Position numbers and translations under genes: made by a program. The notes under the pieces are model-generated. The model saw nothing but the letters and a program-made list of their open reading frames with translations, did no database searches and was not told the origin of the DNA. Shown piece by piece: positions 58,492-64,000 of a DNA stretch of 64,000 nt (positions are counted from its first letter, which is position 1; every line of letters starts with the position of its first letter). The DNA is taken from positions 7,652 to 71,651 of the forward strand of contig CAYOJD010000001.1 in the NCBI GenBank assembly GCA_964404205.1, written 5' to 3'. Source of the DNA: an uncultured Prolixibacteraceae bacterium. GTDB lineage: Bacteria; Bacteroidota; Bacteroidia; Bacteroidales; Prolixibacteraceae.

Positions 58492-59061
58492 TTAGTTTCT
58501 TACTCTTTCCGAATAACTTCTGTCGCGGGTATCCACTTTGATGATATCACCCTGATTAACAAATAGTGGCACATAAATAGTTGCTCCAGTTTCGACCGTT
58601 ACCGCTTTTTGGGCGTTTGAAGAGGCAGTATTGCCTTTTTCAGCCGGTTCGGCATATGTAACTTCCAATTCGATAAAGGGTGGAAGTTCGACGGTTAGAG
58701 GGGTTTCTGTATCAGTGTGATACATCACTTCGACCACCATGCCCTCTTTCAAAAGGTCTGCATTCTCAACCATTGCCTCTTCAATTAAGACCTGCTCGAA
58801 GGTTTCGGCGTGCATAAAGTTAAATCCTGATTCATCTTTATACAAGAACTGATACGGACGGCGTTCAACTCTGATGGTATTAATCTTGACCCCTGACGAG
58901 AAGGTATTCTCAATTACTCTTCCGGTTTTCAGGTTTTTAAGTTTTGTCCGAACAAAAGCAGGACCCTTGCCTGGTTTAACATGCTGAAACTGGACGATTT
59001 GAAATGGCTGGTCATTGTATTCGATACATAAGCCATTTCTGAAATCTGCTGTGCTTGCCAT
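58492..59061 (-). CDS. efp: Elongation factor P
   Basis: FQHVKPGKGPAFVRTKLKN block containing the modified-loop lysine. 189 aa. Confidence 0.95.
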   Translation of the reverse strand: MASTADFRNGLCIEYNDQPFQIVQFQHVKPGKGPAFVRTKLKNLKTGRVIENTFSSGVKINTIRVERRPYQFLYKDESGFNFMHAETFEQVLIEEAMVENADLLKEGMVVEVMYHTDTETPLTVELPPFIELEVTYAEPAEKGNTASSNAQKAVTVETGATIYVPLFVNQGDIIKVDTRDRSYSERVRN

Positions 59062-59118
59062 TATTTGCTAAATTTTAATAATATTTTCAACAACCCGGAG
59101 TCTCCGGTAAATTTTGGG

Positions 59119-59126
59119 CAAATTTA
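59119..59126 (-). promoter_or_regulatory. Candidate -7 promoter box (TAaaTTTG on the minus strand) upstream of efp
   Basis: The plus strand reads CAAATTTA, 58 nt upstream of the efp ATG at 59061. Confidence 0.4.
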
Positions 59127-59187
59127 GATAAAAGCAATTAAATCAGGAAAGAAGTTTTGCCTGGACCTCAAAATTACTTCGTTAACA

Positions 59188-61290
59188 TCAATCTTCTTCA
59201 ACAATCATGACTCCCCAGGGTTCAATTTGAATTTTATTTCCTTTGGTGATCCTATTTTCACTAATCAACTCCTTTCCAGCGCCATACGAATATTCAATTT
59301 CGCCGGGCACCGAGCTGTAGTTATAAAAATAGTGAACTGTATTCCCAAAATCGTTAATTCCTTTTTTTGTGATGATTGGCCAATGCAATGATTGAATTTC
59401 ATTCTCAAGTCCGGCGCGCTTCAATGCATCTGTCAACACCTTTTCCTGCAACCGATCCGACAGTTTTGTCCCTTCGTACAATAGTGTCCCTTTGCCATAT
59501 CGATTGAGGGTAACAGCCGGATATTTACCAAATTGAGGATGGTCGTACTGTGCCAAAACCGCAGCAGTTTCAGGAATGATATATTCAACCCAATCTGTTA
59601 CTTTATTTTCTTTTTCGTCAATGCCAAACGGGTTACCACTCAGTTTTAGCTCACCAATATTCGAAAATTCCTGATAATAAAATCCACACGCTTTTCGGAG
59701 CGGGCCTGGAGCCAATACTGGTCTAACCATCGAATTTTCATCACAGAATCCACTTTTGAACTGCATTACTACATGTCCGCCACTCTCGACGTAACGGCTG
59801 ATTCTATTCAATAGTTCATCGCTTGCAATATAAAGTGACGGAATAACAACCAGGTCGTAATCTTCGAAATTGGCATTTTCGGGAAAAATAAAATCAACAC
59901 CGATATTATTGCGGTAAAGCACAGCGTGCATCTGACCGACAAGCTCATTTCGATAGATATTGTTCGAATTTCCCCACATATCGGCCTTCGCCGATTTAAA
60001 AGGCATAACATTAAGTGCAGCATTGGAATCATGACTGAAAAGAATTGCCACACGGTTTTTAATTTTCAAGTTCACAAGCCTATCACCAAATTTTTGTAAT
60101 TCTTTGGCGGTCTTTGTAACTTCGACATACGCACGATTAGGCTGTAAATCGTGAGACAACACACCCTTCCAATAGGTTTCCTGGCCGTAATGAATGGAAT
60201 GCCAATGCCAATATTCGACCATATTGGCCCCTGAGCCCATATGGGCATAGACATTCATGCGCAATTGACCATCGTAAGGCGGATATTGCGAACGGGAATC
60301 CCAACCTATGGTTTGTGCATTGGTTTCTGTAATCAGATAATTCTTCATTTTCACTGAACGAAAAAAATCACCTGCAAAAGCAATCTCATCGCCGGTTAGG
60401 TTATCTTGCGAGCCATGGTAAACATTGACCGATAAAATATCCATTTTCGATGAACTACTTATCTGATCGATATCCTGAACAGATGGCATAAAACAATGGG
60501 TTATAAATTGTTCAGGCCGTTTGTACTCCATAACAATCGATGATTGCCAGGTAAGATAATCGGCAACGGCCTTGCGTTTAAACCTCTCCCACTCAAGTTT
60601 GTAGGCGGTATTGGTAACCCCGTCGCGTGGGGGGAATTCGCTCCAGTCGCTTATAGTCATGCCCCAATAGTTTAGTCCCCATATTTTATTGAGGTTTTCT
60701 GTTGTCTTAAACCTGTTTTTGATATAATTCACAAAACTCACCTGGAAATCGTAATTGTTTACACCATATGATGTTGTTTCATTATCAACCTGATAACCAA
60801 TTACCGCAGGATGTTTGGCATATCTGACCATCATCTTGCGGATAATTCTTTCCGCATAAAAAAGAAAAGTGGGATTGGTGATATCCATATTTTGCCTGAT
60901 TCCGTAATAAGCCTTACCTCCTTTTTCATAATTCACCAAAACTTCAGGGTGTTTGTGCCAGAGCCATGCCGGCATCGAATAGGTGGGAGTACCTAAAATA
61001 ACATTAATCTTTGCTTTACTAAACTCATTCAGAATGGTATCCATCCATGCAAATTCAAATTCGCCTTCTTTTGGTTCAAAAAGGCTCCAGGTCGATTCGC
61101 CAACACGAACAACACTAATACCAGCATCTTTCATCAGACGAATATCCTCTCCAAGTCTTTCTGATGGCATATATTCATGATAGTAAGCCACTCCGTAAAG
61201 CGGTTGTGAAAATTTAGCCGTTTGAGCTGATAACTGCAGCTGCAGCAAAACGAACAGAAGCACGATACAACCCGACACTATTTTCTTCAT
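59188..61290 (-). CDS. Beta-galactosidase, glycoside hydrolase family 42
   Basis: Signal peptide, then YGVAYYHEYMPSERLGEDIRLMKDAGISVVRVGESTWSLFEP, typical of the GH42 TIM barrel. 700 aa. Confidence 0.8.
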   Translation of the reverse strand: MKKIVSGCIVLLFVLLQLQLSAQTAKFSQPLYGVAYYHEYMPSERLGEDIRLMKDAGISVVRVGESTWSLFEPKEGEFEFAWMDTILNEFSKAKINVILGTPTYSMPAWLWHKHPEVLVNYEKGGKAYYGIRQNMDITNPTFLFYAERIIRKMMVRYAKHPAVIGYQVDNETTSYGVNNYDFQVSFVNYIKNRFKTTENLNKIWGLNYWGMTISDWSEFPPRDGVTNTAYKLEWERFKRKAVADYLTWQSSIVMEYKRPEQFITHCFMPSVQDIDQISSSSKMDILSVNVYHGSQDNLTGDEIAFAGDFFRSVKMKNYLITETNAQTIGWDSRSQYPPYDGQLRMNVYAHMGSGANMVEYWHWHSIHYGQETYWKGVLSHDLQPNRAYVEVTKTAKELQKFGDRLVNLKIKNRVAILFSHDSNAALNVMPFKSAKADMWGNSNNIYRNELVGQMHAVLYRNNIGVDFIFPENANFEDYDLVVIPSLYIASDELLNRISRYVESGGHVVMQFKSGFCDENSMVRPVLAPGPLRKACGFYYQEFSNIGELKLSGNPFGIDEKENKVTDWVEYIIPETAAVLAQYDHPQFGKYPAVTLNRYGKGTLLYEGTKLSDRLQEKVLTDALKRAGLENEIQSLHWPIITKKGINDFGNTVHYFYNYSSVPGEIEYSYGAGKELISENRITKGNKIQIEPWGVMIVEED

Positions 61291-61413
61291 AATCTATAAT
61301 TTAGTTTTAGTCCTTAAAAGTATGAATTTGAATTGGCAAATTGATAAGTGAAAGTTGAGATTGAACAATAAGCTTTAAAAAAAGTGTTTCTTTGTTCAAA
61401 TTTCAAATTCAAG

Positions 61414-62175
61414 ATGTTTCAGGGATTGGACCAATTTATGTTATCGGGTATTGATTGGGTACTCATTTCGCTCTCTGCAATTCTTATCGGGATGTCGAAA
61501 ACAGGGGTACCGGGTGTTTCAATGATTGTGGTACCAGTATTGGCAATGATTTTCGGGGGAAAACTATCGACAGGGATATTGCTTCCAATACTTATATTAG
61601 CCGATATTTTCGGTGTTTTTTATTACAACCGACATGTAGTGTGGAAACACCTTTTTAGGGCTCTTCCTTGGGCTTTTGGTGGATTGCTGCTTGCGCTCTG
61701 GGTCGGCAATCTTGTCAACGATGAGCAGTTCAAAAGCATTATTGCTTTGAGTATTTTCTTCAGTATCGGACTACTACTTTGGCGCGACAAAAGTTCAAAA
61801 AGTGAGGGTTCTCTTCCGCACAACTGGTGGTTTGCCGCTATCATGGGGGTTACCGGTGGTTTTGCTACCATGATTGGAAATGTTGCTGGCCCGGTGTTTG
61901 CGATTTATTTGCTATCCCTAAACCTGCCTAAAAATAACTTTATTGGCACAACAGCCTGGTTTTTTGCCATTATTAACATAATAAAACTTCCGCTGCAAAT
62001 TCTGGTTTGGCAGAACATAACAATTCATTCTCTCTTGATCGATTTTCTCGTGTTCCCGTTTATTGGCTTCGGTGCTTGGCTAGGAATTAAAATGGTCAAA
62101 GCAATTCCAGAAAACAACTATAGATGGCTGGTAATAGTAATAACCATTACAAGCGCCTTACTTATCTTGCTCTAA
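61414..62175 (+). CDS. Sulfite exporter TauE/SafE family membrane protein
   Basis: About 253 aa from the ATG at 61414. 7-8 TM segments with a duplicated G-rich helix pattern (GMSKTGVPG, GVTGGFATMIGNVAGP). Confidence 0.75.
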   Translation: MFQGLDQFMLSGIDWVLISLSAILIGMSKTGVPGVSMIVVPVLAMIFGGKLSTGILLPILILADIFGVFYYNRHVVWKHLFRALPWAFGGLLLALWVGNLVNDEQFKSIIALSIFFSIGLLLWRDKSSKSEGSLPHNWWFAAIMGVTGGFATMIGNVAGPVFAIYLLSLNLPKNNFIGTTAWFFAIINIIKLPLQILVWQNITIHSLLIDFLVFPFIGFGAWLGIKMVKAIPENNYRWLVIVITITSALLILL

Positions 62176-62201
62176 AAAGAAAAGCCCTAAAGGGCCTTTC
62201 A

Positions 62202-62714
62202 CTAAATTAAATTTTTAACGACATTCATAGCAGCCTCATAATCTGGCTCATGAGTTACTTCTGGTACATATTCAACATATTTAACTTCACCTTTTTTATC
62301 AATAACAACTGTACCACGGGCCAAAAGCCTCAATTCTTTAATCCAAAAACCATATTTCTGTCCAAATTCCAAATCTTTATGGTCTGAAATGGTTTTGATA
62401 TTGTTGAGCCCTTCAGCCGCACAAAAACGTGATTGCGCGAAAGGTAAATCGCACGACACAGAGAGTACCACAACATCGTTAAGGTTATTTGCCTCAGCGT
62501 TAAAACGCCTGTTTTGGGCAGCACAGACACTGGTATCAACTGAAGGATAAACCGCAATCACAACAACCTTACCGGCAAAATCAGATAATTTTACAGGTGA
62601 AAGACCTTGTCCAACTGCATTAAAATCAGGTGCCGCATCTCCTACTTTGATTTCGTTGCCAAGTAATGTTAGAGGATTACCGGCGAATGTGATTTTTACA
62701 GAATTATTAATCAT
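62202..62714 (-). CDS. tpx: Thiol peroxidase (atypical 2-Cys peroxiredoxin)
   Basis: PSVDTSVCA peroxidatic-Cys motif and a second Cys in SVSCDLPFAQSRFC. 170 aa. Confidence 0.9.
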   Translation of the reverse strand: MINNSVKITFAGNPLTLLGNEIKVGDAAPDFNAVGQGLSPVKLSDFAGKVVVIAVYPSVDTSVCAAQNRRFNAEANNLNDVVVLSVSCDLPFAQSRFCAAEGLNNIKTISDHKDLEFGQKYGFWIKELRLLARGTVVIDKKGEVKYVEYVPEVTHEPDYEAAMNVVKNLI

Positions 62715-62741
62715 CTTGTATAAATTAAATGTTCAACATCA

Positions 62742-62749
62742 TACATTTG
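62742..62749 (+). promoter_or_regulatory. Candidate -7 promoter box (TAcaTTTG) upstream of lplA
   Basis: Perfect TAnnTTTG match, 71 nt upstream of the ATG at 62820. Confidence 0.35.
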
Positions 62750-62819
62750 TCAATAAGTAATAAACGAATGCATAAAGGAATTGTTCAGTAAGTTCCTCAA
62801 ATATTAAAATTTTGCTATA

Positions 62820-63791
62820 ATGAACCTCATTGTCTCGCCATCCAATAATCCATATACCAACTTAGCGACTGAAGAACTTCTTATAAAAGAAAAAAGAGAA
62901 GATTATTTATTTTTTTATATAAATGAACCATCTATAGTTGTTGGTAAACACCAAATTATAGTTTCTGAAATAAATAATTATTTTTCAATTATGAAACCTG
63001 TATATCTGGCCAGACGAATTTCTGGTGGCGGTACTGTATATCATGATTTGGGCAATATTAATTTTAGCGTTATTAAAAATATTGAAGAAGGCAAAGGCGT
63101 TAGTTACAAAGAAATAGCAACTCCAGTAGTGAATGCTTTAAACAGATATAATCTTAATATCCAGTTATCAGAAAGAAATGACCTGTTATACAACAATTTG
63201 AAATTATCAGGAAGTGCAATGCATATTTTTAAAAACAGAGTAATCGCTCATGGTACAATTCTATTTGATACCAACCTGACAGAACTTTCAGATTCTCTGA
63301 AGAACCATAGGGAGCGCTATACAGATAAGGCAATAAAATCAGTAAAGTCAAAAGTATGCAATATAAAGCCATATGCCCCCCATATATCAATAGATGAAAT
63401 AATTAAGTTAATCTCAATAGAATTTTTTATAGATAATAAACCATCAGATCAATCCGCATTAAATAACGAAGATCATGAAAGAATTAATCAGTTAATTAAT
63501 CAAAAATACGTAAAGGAAGAGTGGATTTATGGATATTCTCCAGATTATGTATATAAAACAGAATTGAAATTTGAGAACTGTATTGCAGAAATTGAATTAA
63601 AGGTAGTAAAATCGATCATTAAGTCGGTTGAAATTAAACACATGACAAACAATTCATTAAAAAATCTAATGATTACTTTTCTTACAGGTAAGAAACACAT
63701 CCCCAAGATCTTACTGAATGATGATGAGATTAAAGAACTAATATATACTTTATCGTTAACAGAAATGGAGTTTATAGAGATATTTTTCTAA
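62820..63791 (+). CDS. lplA: Lipoate--protein ligase
   Basis: ARRISGGGTVYHDLGNINFS and the catalytic-Lys block LKLSGSAMH. KAIKSVKSKVCNI block. 323 aa. Confidence 0.85.
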   Translation: MNLIVSPSNNPYTNLATEELLIKEKREDYLFFYINEPSIVVGKHQIIVSEINNYFSIMKPVYLARRISGGGTVYHDLGNINFSVIKNIEEGKGVSYKEIATPVVNALNRYNLNIQLSERNDLLYNNLKLSGSAMHIFKNRVIAHGTILFDTNLTELSDSLKNHRERYTDKAIKSVKSKVCNIKPYAPHISIDEIIKLISIEFFIDNKPSDQSALNNEDHERINQLINQKYVKEEWIYGYSPDYVYKTELKFENCIAEIELKVVKSIIKSVEIKHMTNNSLKNLMITFLTGKKHIPKILLNDDEIKELIYTLSLTEMEFIEIFF

Positions 63792-64000
63792 CTGATGAAT
63801 CGTGCTCGAAGTATTCAGTTAATATCTTTGCTTTATTGCCAACTATTGCTTCCAATTCCAACAGTGAAGCTCTTTTGATCTGCTCAATCGAACCAAAGGC
63901 TTTCAATAATTTCTCTTTTGTCCTTTCCCCCACTCCGGAAATTGCATCAAGTTCTGAATTCAAGAACTTATTTGACCGTTTACTTCTGTGAAATGTTATT
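63772..64000 (-). CDS. uvrC: Excinuclease ABC subunit C, C-terminal (HhH)2 end; the rest lies outside the window
   Basis: The minus-strand frame is open to the window edge and reads ITFHRSKRSNKFLNSELDAISGVGERTKEKLLKAFGSIEQIKRASLLEL, the typical UvrC C-terminus. Confidence 0.8.
   Translation of the reverse strand, partial: ITFHRSKRSNKFLNSELDAISGVGERTKEKLLKAFGSIEQIKRASLLELEAIVGNKAKILTEYFEHDSSVRKISL

Noticed and set aside
62176-62201. Terminator hairpin between the TauE gene and tpx (GCCC-TAAA-GGGC)
   Set aside because: The stem is only about 4 bp plus an imperfect extension. That is too weak to call from sequence alone.
1-64000. Mobile elements, defence islands, toxin-antitoxin pairs, tRNA or rRNA genes
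   Set aside because: No integrase, transposase, restriction-modification or Cas-like proteins appear among the listed ORFs. I saw no long terminal inverted or direct repeats and no tRNA-like cloverleaf sequences in the intergenic regions I read. A covariance-model scan would be needed for certainty.

Overview
This window reads as an ordinary chromosomal segment of a Bacteroidota-type genome. The lineage call rests on a 2502-aa SprA/T9SS translocon next to ruvA, GSCFA, DUF3098 and YfhO family genes, and TAnnTTTG -7 boxes upstream of several genes. I support about 55 protein-coding genes. I found no rRNA, tRNA, CRISPR array, transposase, integrase or prophage.

Gene blocks, left to right:
- 1-5.8 kb: a compact carbohydrate cluster. 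It holds a GH140-like hydrolase (5' truncated by the window), a xylose-isomerase-like TIM barrel, an NAD-binding protein, a Gfo/Idh/MocA oxidoreductase and a 614-aa protein I cannot assign.
- 5.8-17.2 kb, minus strand: rnhB, sprA, ruvA, pdxA, pepA.
- 17.3-20.5 kb: an MqnC/MqnE-family radical SAM gene and speA.
- 21.0-26.9 kb, minus strand: a MacB-type efflux operon (ATPase, two permeases, adaptor, TolC).
- 27.1-34.9 kb: thiL divergent from sufBCDSE, a DUF59 gene and queG.
- 35.0-36.8 kb: a frameshifted alpha/beta hydrolase and a GSCFA gene.
- 36.9-44.3 kb: a glycogen cluster (debranching enzyme, GT4, GH57, alpha-glucan phosphorylase).
- 44.4-46.2 kb: an orphan LytTR response regulator and a frameshifted tsaB.
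- 46.2-55.3 kb: a surface-glycan cluster (GT4, GT2, GT2 convergent with GT2-like, methyltransferase and flippase) divergent from a YfhO-family membrane protein.
- 55.3-64.0 kb: ftsX, DUF3098, truB, queA, efp, a GH42 beta-galactosidase, TauE, tpx, a markedly AT-rich lplA and the 3' end of uvrC.

I did not find a convincing new multi-gene system such as a defence island. The least explained signals are:
- two 11-bp-period tandem arrays, five phased units each, in unusually long ORF-free intergenic regions (20720-20776 and 52466-52520);
- two non-homopolymer frameshifts in otherwise intact genes (tsaB and a lysophospholipase-like hydrolase);
- the unassignable 614-aa protein in the GH140 cluster;
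- the GT2/flippase/YfhO arrangement, which resembles Gram-positive extracytoplasmic glycosylation modules.

All functional calls come from reading translated motifs by eye. No database search was run.
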